This document shows, in pieces, positions 39,512-50,491 of a stretch of DNA of 64,000 nucleotides. How positions within the stretch are numbered: position 1 is the first letter of the stretch; each line of letters starts with the position of its first letter. This DNA is from Felis catus (Eukaryota): the NCBI RefSeq assembly GCF_018350175.1, contig NC_058382.1, positions 49,850,001 through 49,914,000 on the forward strand. The letters run 5' to 3'. A program made the translations under genes and the position numbers. Below the pieces are notes generated by a model. That model was not told the DNA's origin. It made no database searches and saw nothing but the letters and a program-made list of their open reading frames with translations.

Positions 39512-41043
39512 CTAAAATTAATTTAAAATACCTGATCATTTAAAGAATCAAAGGTGTTCAACAATGTTTGTTACAAAACGCAGCAGACTTCCAGCCCCAT
39601 GACAAATATTTTCATCTCATTTACTGATTATGTAGAAATGTATCTCCATGTCTTTAAATAACATTGGCACAGGCACTTCTGTATTTCTCAGTGTTGGGCA
39701 TTCTCTATTGACTTGCCACAAGGAGAGATGAAAGGTTAGTTTTCTGCCCTCCACTCCTCAACTGAGTTTAACTCTCATTTTGGTTAGTCAATCTATATTC
39801 AGTGTTCCCATAATTATGACTAAGTAAATCCTTTACCTTTCTCCTTTTTCCTTACTTTTTATTTCACTGGATTTGGTAATTATTTCCTTGGTTAGTTTTA
39901 TGTTTACTGATACAATTTCAACAAACAGCTTGTATTCCAATTCCTCACAATTTGATGTTTAAAGGTGCAAGATTTACTCAAAATCTTGTTCACTGCAGTA
40001 TTCTAACAGTGAAAAAGTAAAAGCACATCAAACATTCACCAAGAGAGAATTGTTAAATCCATTACAGTTATTCCATATTGTGAAATACTATGCAGATTTT
40101 AAAAAGAATAAGGTTAATTAACAAGTATACATATGCCTAACATGTACCTTTAATTTTGTCATTATATATACTTGTAATTCTTTAATATTTTACAATGAGC
40201 ATGCATGTTTACCGCCAGAAAAAAATATGAAAATTTAAAGTAATCAGAAAAAAACAATCTGAATTCATATTTTGTTTGTTGTTATTCATATGTCCAATCA
40301 GACTAAAAATTTTTTTGTGGATAAAGAGATTCAACTTTAGAAGAAGAAAAAATAGAATTTGTATACTTCTAAAGGAAAATGTTTTCAGAAAATGAGCAGA
40401 AAGGGGGTGAATGTAGAGGAAACACTCATCATGAACCAAATACTAAATTACAGACAGTAAAATGTTTCCTTTTCATCCTGGACAGCTGCAAAATGGAGCA
40501 GCATCCACCCTTACAAATCCAGGGAGGCGGGACTGGGCCCCGCACATTCTGGGGAGGTCGCTTGACCAATGAGCGCCTCGGCTTCAACGTGTCAGGTCTG
40601 CATTAAAAATGCATGCCCTTGCCGGTCTCTGGGGCGATGCACAAATGCAGCGACACAGTGGGGTAATTAATAAGAACACCTTTCGGCCTTTGTGATTCAT
40701 AAAGGAATTTTCGCGACCACTCATCCATCAGGCCAGGCCCACAGAAATGACGGGGACGAGACACAGGCTATCCCCAGGCTTCGGGTCTCTGTGTAGGACA
40801 CATGCTAACAGCAGTGGCTAACTTTCTTGGGGTTGCGGACTGCTTGAAGTCAAATGAGTCAACAGAGTCACTTCCCGGGAAATTAAACATATACACAGGC
40901 CAATGTGCCTGTGTACACAATTTTCGTGGGTTCACGACCCTTAAGACCCAAGCTGGGCTTCCCCAGGCCGGGCCCGCTCACCCTCCCCCCGCCACCCTCT
41001 CTCAGTCCCGGTGGGCCTCTAGGCCTGAGGGAGAACCACTTAC

Positions 41044-41213
41044 CGAAACCAGCGGGACGCGCAGGTGATCCCCCTGCAGTCGGTTGAAGGCGGGGAACGT
41101 GCTCCAGGCCAGGAACCCACCGTGATCGGGTCCCAGCAGGGCCACGAGTAGCACCTGGTGCTGGAAGCGCACGGTCGGCTGCTCTTCGTAGCTGCTCCGC
41201 TTCAGCCAAAGCC
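41044..41213 (-). CDS. TMEM231: TMEM231 exon 2
   Basis: atctcag|(G)[56 protein letters not shown]|gtaagt; 170 nt. Confidence 0.95.
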
Positions 41214-41308
41214 CTGAGATAGAGAGGGCAATGGGGAGGTCACGAAGGCGGGCACCGGCACAGCGGGCCGCGGGGAACTGTGCGCTCAGAGGCCGCGGGC
41301 AAGCTCAC

Positions 41309-41447
41309 CGTGGCTCCGGAAGGCCACCAGCAGCGGCGGGATGTACGTGAGCACGGCGGCCAGCAGCAGGAACAACGCGGCCTTGGAGCAGAGCCCCGCA
41401 CGGTAACCGCGCTCCACCGGATGAGAGAAAAGCTCGTAGAGCGCCAT
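41309..41447 (-). CDS. TMEM231: TMEM231 exon 1 (ciliary transition-zone MKS/B9 complex protein; total CDS 951 nt, 316 aa)
   Basis: ATG at 41447; [46 protein letters not shown]+G|gtgagc; 139 nt. Exon lengths 139+170+129+144+82+106+181 = 951. Confidence 0.95.
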
Positions 41448-41524
41448 GAACTCCGCGCGGAGTCCAGCCCCTTGTCCCGGAGCCCTCGCGGTTCCAGAGG
41501 AAGGACCAAGTTTGGCTTCTCCTG

Positions 41525-41640
41525 GTTGCCATAGCCTTGGTCTCCACGGCAACGGACGGCGCAGCGAAAGGAACCAATAGCAAGGACGCGGGGCCTTGGT
41601 AGGGGTGGGGCTAAGAGGGGGCGGTGCCCGCTGGTGGGCG
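41525..41640. promoter_or_regulatory. TMEM231 core promoter: two RFX X-box-like motifs, CCAAT box, GC-rich motifs
   Basis: GTCTCCACGGCAAC at 41540-41553, GTTGCCATAGC at 41525-41535, CCAAT at 41574-41578, within a CpG island (~40950-41720). RFX X-boxes are typical of ciliary gene promoters. Confidence 0.7.
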
Positions 41641-42461
41641 TTAGACCTCCTTTCGGCCTTACGTCCCTTTTCCAAACGCTAAGTGGAAAAAGGGTATTTC
41701 CGAGCCCAGAATCGTCGCCATCCCGTGTTAATACTTGCGCAAAATAGGATTTTCTAAAAGTTGACTTGAAGTAACTACCTGTTTATGTGTCAACTGTTAA
41801 TCCCTAATGTTGTGCATACTTAAGTCCGATCAGTCACAGCACACTATACATTACAGGAAAACACAAATGTGGCTGTAGTTCTGGCGGTGGCCCCGCTAAG
41901 ATCAAAGCCAGGTCCCTTTGTCTCCAAAATTTGTTGCTTTCACTATACTCCATAACAGGACAGAGAAACGGGACACAAATCTCTGAGATCTTCGAGGGAT
42001 AAAAGATAATTACTATATGGTTCTCGGCTATACTTCATTACCTTATACTGGGTACAAGCTTCGCCACCGGTTTTAAGGGAAGCTGGGGTCCTCCACAGAG
42101 ATGACACTGGCTCATCACTTAATTGAATGCTTCCACCACTATCACCACCGCCCCCCCCCCACCCCCAGCCAGTATTTCCTGGCAGAAGGAGGCCCTGAAG
42201 GATCACATTGCAGTTCCAAAAGGTAGTGTGTTCAGAGAAAAATCCAGTAGTTGATGCCTCTATTTTGAAGGCAACCTAGAAATGTCTTTTAGATGAAGAG
42301 AATAGCTGAGATCGTAACAACACAGACACCTGAGAGGTCAAGACATGAACATTTGGGAAAACTATCCAGGGTCCTCCCCATAGTCTAAGATGACAATAAC
42401 AGCCATAAGATTTTGACATATATGGTCTGGTACTACTCATCCTTGCTTTAAAACTTTTCTG

Positions 42462-43870
42462 AGCAATCCCTATCCAAATAACACCAGTATTCTTCACAGA
42501 ACTAGAACAAACAATCCTAAAATTTGTATGGAGCCAGAAAAGACCTCAAACAGCCAAAGCAATCCTGAAAAAGAAAACCAAAGCTGGAGGCATCACAATT
42601 CCAGACTTCAAGCCATACTACAAAGCTGTAATCATCAAGACGGTATGGTACTGGCACAAGAACAGACACAATGGAACAGAATAGAGAACCCAGAAATGGA
42701 CCCACAAACATATGGCCAGCTAATCTTTGACAAAGCAGGAAAGAATATCCAATGGAAAAAAGACAGTCTCTTCAGCAAATAGTGTTGGGAAAACTGGACT
42801 GCAACGTGCAGAAGAATGAACTTGGAGCAGTTTCTTACACCATACACAAAAATAAACTCAAAATGGATGAAAGACCTAAATGTAAGACAGGAAGCCATCA
42901 AAATCCTAGAGGAGAAAACAGGCAACAACTTCTTTGACTCCGGTTGCAGAAACTTCTTGACATGTTTCCAGAGGCAAGGAAAACAAAAGCAAAAATGAAC
43001 TATTTGGACCTCATTAAGATAAAAAGCTTCTGCACAGAAAATGAAACAATCAGTAAAACTAAAAGGCAACCGACGGGATGGAGAAGATATTTGCAAATGA
43101 CATATCAGATAGTATCCAAAATCTATAAAGAACTTAATCAAACTCAGCACCCAAAAACACAAATAATCCAGTGAAGAAATGGGCAAAAGACACGAATAGA
43201 CACTTTTCCAAAGAAGACATCCAGACGGCCAACCAACACATGAAAAAATGCTCAACATCACTCATCATCAGGGAAATACAAATCAAAACCACAGTGAGAT
43301 ACCACCTCACCCCTGTCAGAATGGCTAACGTGAACAACTCAGGCAACCACAGATGTTGGCGAGGATGCAGAGAAAGAGGATCTCTTTTGCACTGCTGGTG
43401 GGAATGCAAGCTGGTGCAGCCACTCTTGAATGTATATATGTATACAACGGAATATTACTTGGTGATCCAAAAGAATGAAATCTTGCCATTTATAACAATG
43501 TGGATGGAACTAGAGTGTATTATTCCAAGCGAAATAAGTCAGTCAGAGAAAGATAAGTAGCATATGATTTCACTAATATGTGGAATTTAAGATACAAAAC
43601 AAATGGGCATAAGGGAAGGGAAGCAAAAATAACATAAAAACAGAAAGGAAAACAAACCATAAGCGACTCTTAAATACAGAGAACAAACTGAGGGTTGCTG
43701 GTGGGGTGTTGGGTAGGAGGATAGGCTAAATGAGCAAGGGACATTAAGGAGGACACTTGTTGGGGTGAGCACTAGGCGTTACATGTAAGTGATGAATCAC
43801 TAAATTCTATTCCTGAAATTATTATTATGCTATATGTTAACTAATTTGGATTTAAAATTAAAAAAAAAAA
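42462..43870 (+). mobile_element. 5'-truncated carnivore L1 (ORF2 C-terminal part + 3'UTR + polyA), with an internal deletion
   Basis: Broken ORF2 peptides ([63 protein letters not shown]). polyA at ~43860-43870. TSD aaaac(c)ttttctg on both sides at a TT|AAAA site. Confidence 0.92.
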
Positions 43871-44002
43871 CCTTTTCTGGGGTGGCAACACAGCTCTTAA
43901 ATACAGCAATTGTACGGCTGAAATCTATATTATGATTCTGACATTATACTATATCTGTGATTTAAGTGAATGACTTTCATTTATTTAAATAACTATTAAA
44001 GC

Positions 44003-44273
44003 TATATGATTTCATTCGTGTGTGGAACTTAAAAAATGAAACAAAAGAACAAAGGGGGAAAAAAAGAGACAACCCAAAAAACAGACTTTTAACTATATGA
44101 ACAAACAGGTGGTTACCAGAGGGGAGGTGGGTGGGGGGATGGGTGAGATGGGTGAAGTACACTTACCTTCATGAGCACTGAGTAATGTATAGAATTGTTG
44201 AATCACTATATTGCATACCTGAAACTAATATAACACTGTATGTTAACATCACTGAAATAAAAAAATAAAAAAA

Positions 44274-44303
<30 letters not shown>
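44003..44303 (+). mobile_element. Short carnivore L1 3' end with (TAAA)n tail
   Basis: L1 3'UTR motifs (gagcactgagtaatgtatagaattgttgaatcactata); TSD aaataac-attaaa at 43987-44000 and ~44299-44312. Confidence 0.8.
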
Positions 44304-44304
<1 letters not shown>

Positions 44305-44546
44305 CCATTAAAATAAGACTCCAGAATAGATGGTTCTAGTTGCCTCCTGAGGGTGGCTCTACACTGAGGAAGAGGTGTTTGCCTTCAAAGTTCCTTCTTT
44401 CAACAGAAGGAAACACAAACTGTAGCTAGTGTCAGCTTAGTCACAGCTGAAACACAGGGAGGTGACTGCTGAGAATTTAGGTGTATGAAGTACCTCCCCT
44501 GGGATGCCATGAGCTTTGCAAAAGTATTTAATAATAATGGATACAA

Positions 44547-44760
44547 GGGGCGCCTGGGTGGCTCAGTCGGTTAAGTAACCGACTTCAGCTCAGGTCATGA
44601 TCTCACGGCTTGTGAGTTCCAGTCCCATCTCAGGCTCTGTGGTGAGAGCTCAGAGCCTGGAGCCTGCTTTGGATTCTGTGTCTCCCTTGCTCTCTGCCCC
44701 TCCCCTGCTCATGCTCTATCTCTCTAAAAAATAAACAAACATTAAAAAATTAAAAAAAAA
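44547..44760 (+). mobile_element. Can-SINE
   Basis: Full body; TSD ataatggataca. Confidence 0.9.
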
Positions 44761-45736
44761 TCATAATGGATACAAATATTTACTCTTTGATTCCATGATT
44801 TGAAGAAGCTAGTTTTTGTGGTTTAAGGAATGTGAGTTTTTAAAAATGCTCAAGGTCTGTGTATATTGTGCCATTTTCATATATTTGTAAGTGAGACCGG
44901 AGTTCTCAGTTTCCATTTCCCTAATTGTCTCATGTTTCATACACTTTACCTTAAGGACAAAGAGAGTTGTTCTCTTAAAACTACACATTTTGACCATGTT
45001 CTAATCTTTTCTAGAAGCTCTCATTCAGGGTTATCTTGAAAAAGTTTCAAATGCCTAAATGTTTGCTTCAAGGCTTTCCGACATTCCTTTCACCAGTATT
45101 TATCTATATTGCTTCCCAATTCCCTCTTCCAACCCAGCCTTTGTTTCTATCTATTAAGGGAAGTTTACTCTTTGGAAAATGTACCCTTCTCTCTGAAACA
45201 TAAGATTCACATTCTCTGTGAAGTCTTTCTTGATAAACCTCACTCGGTTTTGTGTTGGCCTCCATGGCATTAGCCACCTCTCAACATTCATGTTCACATA
45301 CCTCTCCAATATTTGCCATTTATTCTGCATGTTTTACATGTCTGTTAATATGTAATTGCACATTTTCCTTATCCTATTTTTTCTTTTGACTCACCTTTTC
45401 AAATTGTCACCCCCTCAATGAAGGCATTCAGTATTTTCAGAACATTCAGTAAGCTAAATATAATGGCCTGATAGGTAAAGAAGGTGATGTATATCATCAG
45501 GGCAGATCGAAGAAGCCAATTAGAATAGTGAACCGGAAAAGGACATTATCAAGAAAGTAGGTAAACTAGAAGAGAGAAAGTGCACATTAGTGAGACCATC
45601 AAGTTACATGCCTGTAAGTTGGTGAGTGATGGCATCTTTCCCTCAAGAAGTAAACACTAAGGTCTTCCAGGTGCAACATGGTATATGCAGGCCTTGGATT
45701 AGAACACAATGACCTGCTCTGTAAAAGGAAGCAGGG

Positions 45737-46184
45737 GGGGCGCCTGGGTGGCGCAGTCGGTTAAGCGTCCAACTTCAGCCAGGTCACAATCTCACGGTCC
45801 GTGAGTTCAAGCCCCGCGTCAGGCTCTGGGCTGATGGCTCAGAGCCTGGAGCCTGTTTCCAATTCTGTGTCTGCCCCTCCCCCGTTCATGCTCTGTCTCT
45901 CTCTGTCCCAAAAATAAATAAACGTTGAAAAAAAAAAAAAGGAAGCAGGGGTCTTCAGTCTAATTTCTTATTTTTTTTTTTAACGTTTTATTCACTTTTT
46001 GAGAGACAGAGACAGAGTGTGAGCAGGGCAGGGGGCAGAGAGAGAGGGAGACACAGAATCCGAAGCAGGCTCCAGGCTCTGAGCTGTTAGCACAGAGCCT
46101 GACGTGGGGCTCGAAATCACGGACTGTGAGATCATGACCTGAGCCAAAGTCAGATGCTCAACTGACTGAGCCACCCAGGCGCCC
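45737..46184. mobile_element. Tail-to-tail Can-SINE pair (45737-45940 + young; 45972-46184 -)
   Basis: TSDs aaaaggaagcagggg and ttcagtctaatttct. Confidence 0.9.
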
Positions 46185-46299
46185 TTCAGTCTAATTTCTA
46201 ACCCCTCCACTGATTCCCTCATTATCAGATGGTGAACATCCACCTTCATTCCTCAGTGTTTAATTCTGTTTGTAAAATAGGTATTTTCACTTTTTTTTC

Positions 46300-47400
46300 A
46301 CTTACCCTCTAGCTGATCTCATCCAGTTCAATAACTTGAAATACTTTTCTCTTGAATTTGAGAGACTCATTGATCTATTTACCTACTCCACAACTGCACT
46401 TGGATGTGTCTCTTGGGCATCTCAAACTCATTACAGCCAAAACCAAGCCTTGATTCTCATGTCCCCCCCACCCCCACCCAAAGCTGGCTCCACCCTATTT
46501 CAATAAATGGCAATTCCATCCTTGCAAAGTGCTTGACTTTGGCTTTCCCTCACACTTCATATCCAATCTGTCATCAATTGTGTCAGCTGTACCTTCAAAA
46601 TATATCTAGAATACAACTGCTTTCCACCACCTCCACAGACACCATCTTGGTTTAGGCCAACATCGTCTTCTACCTGGATTATCACCATAGCCTTATCTGT
46701 TCCCCTGGCTGCCATTCTCAACCTCTTACAGTCTACAAAGAAGCTAGCCTGATCACTTCAAAAGGAAAGCCATAACATGTCACACCTCTGCTAAAAAAAA
46801 ACCTCCACTGACTTTTTTTTAAGTTAAAAAAATTTTTGTTTTTCATGTTCATTTGAGAGAGAGACAGAGAGAGAGCATGAGTGGGGGAGGGGCAGAGAGA
46901 GAGACACAGAATCCGAAGCAGGCGCCAGGCTCTGAGCTGTCAGCACAGAGCCCAACGCAGGGCTCAAACTCACGAACTGTGAGATAATGACAAGAGCCGA
47001 CGTTAGACACTTAACCGACTCAGTCACCCAGGCACCCCCCTCCATTGGCTTCTCATTTCATTCTAAATAAGATCCAAAATTCTTCACGAGGAATTCAAAG
47101 CTCAACACAGTTTTGTTATAGATCTCTTTGATCTCATTTTCTAACACACTCCCCCTTGTTTAGTCAGCTCCAGCCACAAGGGCTTCCTTCCTGTTGCTAG
47201 AATATGCCAACCACTTCACCTATTTAGCATTCTATTCTACCATCACTCTTGTCAGCAACCCTGCTTTATTTTCTAAACAGCACGCACCATCACCTGACAC
47301 ATTTATTTTTTGTCTTGTCCCATGAGAATGCAAACTCCATGGGAGCAAGAAGTATTGTCTGTTCTGTTCACTGCTTTTCCCTAACACTTAGAACAGTGCT
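46300..47400 (+). mobile_element. L2 fragment interrupted by a Can-SINE (46825-47040 -)
   Basis: L2-like cttggatgtgtctcttgggcatctcaaactc...cttcaaaatatatctagaat...; reverse-complement SINE body. Confidence 0.6.
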
Positions 47401-48725
47401 CCTGATTGCAACGGTAATAATTTCTAGGTATGAAATTCAAAGGATTTTTCACCTCATTAGAAGAAAACAAGCAAACAAAAATCTATTTTGGTTGCTCAGA
47501 CATTCAATCTTAAAATAACCAAAATACTTCTAGAATGAAGCTAGATTCCACAGCACCCATCAGGAATTACAACTGCAGGAAATGCTGAATGACAATGTTC
47601 AAACATACAAGCCTTTCAGATGCATCAGAATCACAAGCACATGGCAAGGATCATGTGCCCAATTAAATGAATATTCTTATTAATATTCATCAGCTCATAA
47701 ACAGATGTTGACCCTGAGCAGACTGTCCTGATGACTCTGCTAGCAAGAAAGGAATGACATCACTGGAGAACCTCCAGGCATATGCTCAGGCAGGTGACAC
47801 ACACACACACACACACACACACAGCCTAGGCTGTGATTGCTGAACTGCCATAGAAACCTGTCTTATGACCAACCCTCAGGGGAATTCTCCCAGCCTGACA
47901 ATCACCTCTAACTCCTCTGCAGTTAACGTTCAGGGGTCTGTTTGTGATCAGTGCGATGTTACCTTCAAATGCATAATTGTGGTACCTTTTCTTAAATGTT
48001 TACTCATTTATTCATGAATAAAGGAAGGAAATGGAATTTCTTTAAATTCCATTTCTTGGTCCATGACAACCTAGTATGGCTGTCTCTAATATTGAACCCG
48101 CAGCTTGTCATCAGTACCTCTCCTCACCCAATCCCCTCAAACTAGTCACACTCCCTGTATGGAGCCCCCAACCTGTTACCAAACAATACTCCCAGACTGT
48201 CAATGCCCTAAACAGACTCCCCTCGCCGTCACCAACCACCAGAGACTCTTCTTCTGGCATTCACACCGCCAAAATCCCTCCCCTTGTCATCAATGAGACT
48301 TCCCTCATGAAAAGTCCTCTATAAGAGCCCTGTTCTATCGGCCAGACCCCCAAACTCCTCTTCCCGTTACGAACGGCCACCGAGACCCCACTCCTGTTAC
48401 CAGCTCCCGACATCAATTCCTTCCCAGTCACCAAAACCCCTCAAACACGGTCCTGTAGCCACCGTCGTCATCCCACTTCCCCCGGTGGCCCCTCGCGGAG
48501 CCATCTCCTGCCCCGCCTCCTTGAGTGTGGCCCAGCTCGCAGGCGGCCTTCCTGGCTAGGAGAGCCGGAAGCCCCGCCCCCAGCCGGTTGCTAGGCTCCG
48601 GCAGCCGGAAGTCCCGCCTGCCGTGTAGTCGCCGCTGCTGCTGCCGCTGCCGTCGTTGTTGTTGTGGTTGGTTCGCTGAGCTCCGCGGCTCCGAGAGCCG
48701 GCTGCATCCCTTCCCCGCCGCCGCC

Positions 48726-48759
48726 ATGAAGTGGATGTTCAAGGAGGACCACTCGCTGG
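48726..48759 (+). CDS. GABARAPL2: GABARAPL2 (GATE-16, ATG8 family) exon 1
   Basis: MKWMFKEDHSL+G|gtaagg; 34 nt. Confidence 0.96.
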
Positions 48760-49091
48760 GTAAGGGCTCCGTCAGAGGCCGGGGGTGGGGGTCGGGGCGG
48801 CGGGTGGGCCCCCTCCCCCACTCGGGTCGCCTTGGGTTGGGCTTGGCCGGGCGGGGCGGAGGCCGCGCTCGGACTCGGGTAGCTGAGGCTCCGGTGCCCC
48901 CGGCGGCTGCCCACGGACCTTGTGCCGCCTTTTGCCCTTTTTCCGGGTGGCTCGGTACGGAGGACCGAGGCCGCCGGGACGCCGGAACAAGGGCCCCGGG
49001 CGTACGCAGGTCGCTGAGGGAGGAGGGCCGGGGGCCCGGGAACCGGCCCACGGGCAGGCGCGACCGTCAGTCCGGTGTGTGTCTCCCACAG

Positions 49092-49147
49092 AACACAGAT
49101 GTGTGGAATCTGCGAAGATCCGAGCGAAATATCCCGACCGGGTTCCG
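49092..49147 (+). CDS. GABARAPL2: GABARAPL2 exon 2
   Basis: cccacag|(E)HRCVESAKIRAKYPDRVP|gtgagt; 56 nt. Confidence 0.96.
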
Positions 49148-50318
49148 GTGAGTGCACTCCCCGCCCCCTCACCTCGCTGTCACCCCGTCGTCTAGGACTA
49201 GTGACAGGGCCCGGACCATTCAACAGTTGACAAGTTGAGGTTCCAGTCCCAGTTATAGTAGCAGACAGGCCAGACTGGGTTAGGGGCCTTCCGGGGCCCA
49301 GACGTGAGGGTCTTGAATTGGTGCTGTTCAGGGCGACTCAGTGCTGAATCTCCCGATCTAGGCCAGCGAGCTGCCTGCAGCCTCTGGGCTCCCTCGCCAA
49401 TTATGTAAGGAACGATGTTCTAGGACAGGGCAACAGGTCACTGCCACTTTTGGGAACAGTGATGGGGGAAGACTGTCACTTTGGTCTTCGAAGCGGTACT
49501 TTAGTCGCAGGACACTCATCTTTAACTTTGAGCCTCCGTCTTTCCCTGCCTTCTAGCTGCCTTTCTTCACTTTGACCCGGTCATCCTTTCCGGACCAAAA
49601 AATCTTAAAAGCGTCCGAGAACCCCTTCTTCCCTGGTTTCTCCTTAATCAGTAATAAATACGTTCCTATATTTCTTCTGTGGTAGGAGATAAAGTTTCTG
49701 TAATCCTTACTGAGTTTTAAAGGACATGCATGTCTGTTACTGTAGCACTTTGAATAGCTGCTTTGAGGGAGGGGTTAGGAGGGACACATTTGAAACCTAG
49801 TTCAGGGAGAGTAGGAACAGGCCAAATGAGGAGCTTGGTGCTTGGCCGGCTGGGATTGCCACTCACTCCCATTAGTCTATCCGTTCCTGTTTCCTGTGTT
49901 CCTTGGGATCATACTTCCCCTGTAGTGTGAAGGCAGACCCATTCTGAGGTCCTGCAGTAACTGGCTATAGATGAAACTCTGAGCAGATATTCTCAGGTCT
50001 ACTCAGACAAAATGTGGAAAAGCTTTCAAGTAAGGGCTGTGTTTCTCTCATGCATGCTGAGATCCAGGATGATAAATATAATTGACCACAGAAAAGCACT
50101 TACTGTTTGCCTGTCACACATTTATATCAGTTCTTAACCTCCAGAGTTAAGAGTCTGTGGTTTATTAAATCAAGGGCATGTTTTCCAGTGTTGTACAGTT
50201 TCCCACCCACTCTTTCCCACATACTATTCATCAGCTCCCTGACAGGGCAAGGCTAGAGCAGTGCAGGGCCAGAGCCTCGCTTTAGAAACCCAATCCTGAC
50301 CTCTCTTTGTTTTCCCAG

Positions 50319-50491
50319 GTGATTGTGGAAAAAGTCTCAGGCTCTCAGATTGTTGACATTGACAAACGGAAGTATCTGGTTCCATCTGACATCACTGTGG
50401 CTCAGTTCATGTGGATCATCAGGAAAAGGATCCAGCTTCCTTCTGAAAAGGCAATCTTCCTGTTTGTGGATAAGACAGTCCCACAGTCCAG
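50319..50491 (+). CDS. GABARAPL2: GABARAPL2 exon 3
   Basis: tttcccag|[57 protein letters not shown]+AG|gtaaga; 173 nt. Confidence 0.96.

Larger units (their letters stand above)
48340..49200 (+). promoter_or_regulatory. GABARAPL2: CpG island / GABARAPL2 promoter and 5'UTR
   Basis: ETS/GABP motifs CCGGAAG at 48565-48571 and CCGGAAGT at 48605-48612, GC boxes, Kozak gccgccATG. Confidence 0.85.

Noticed and set aside
42528..43560. L1 ORF2-like ORFs and the 208-aa antisense ORF
   Set aside because: Fragmented, 5'-truncated L1 with stops and frameshifts; not an active element or host gene.
48525..48725. Cys-rich in-frame extension upstream of the GABARAPL2 ATG
   Set aside because: No ATG; arises from GCT/GCC/GTT triplet-like 5'UTR repeats; near-cognate codons have poor context.
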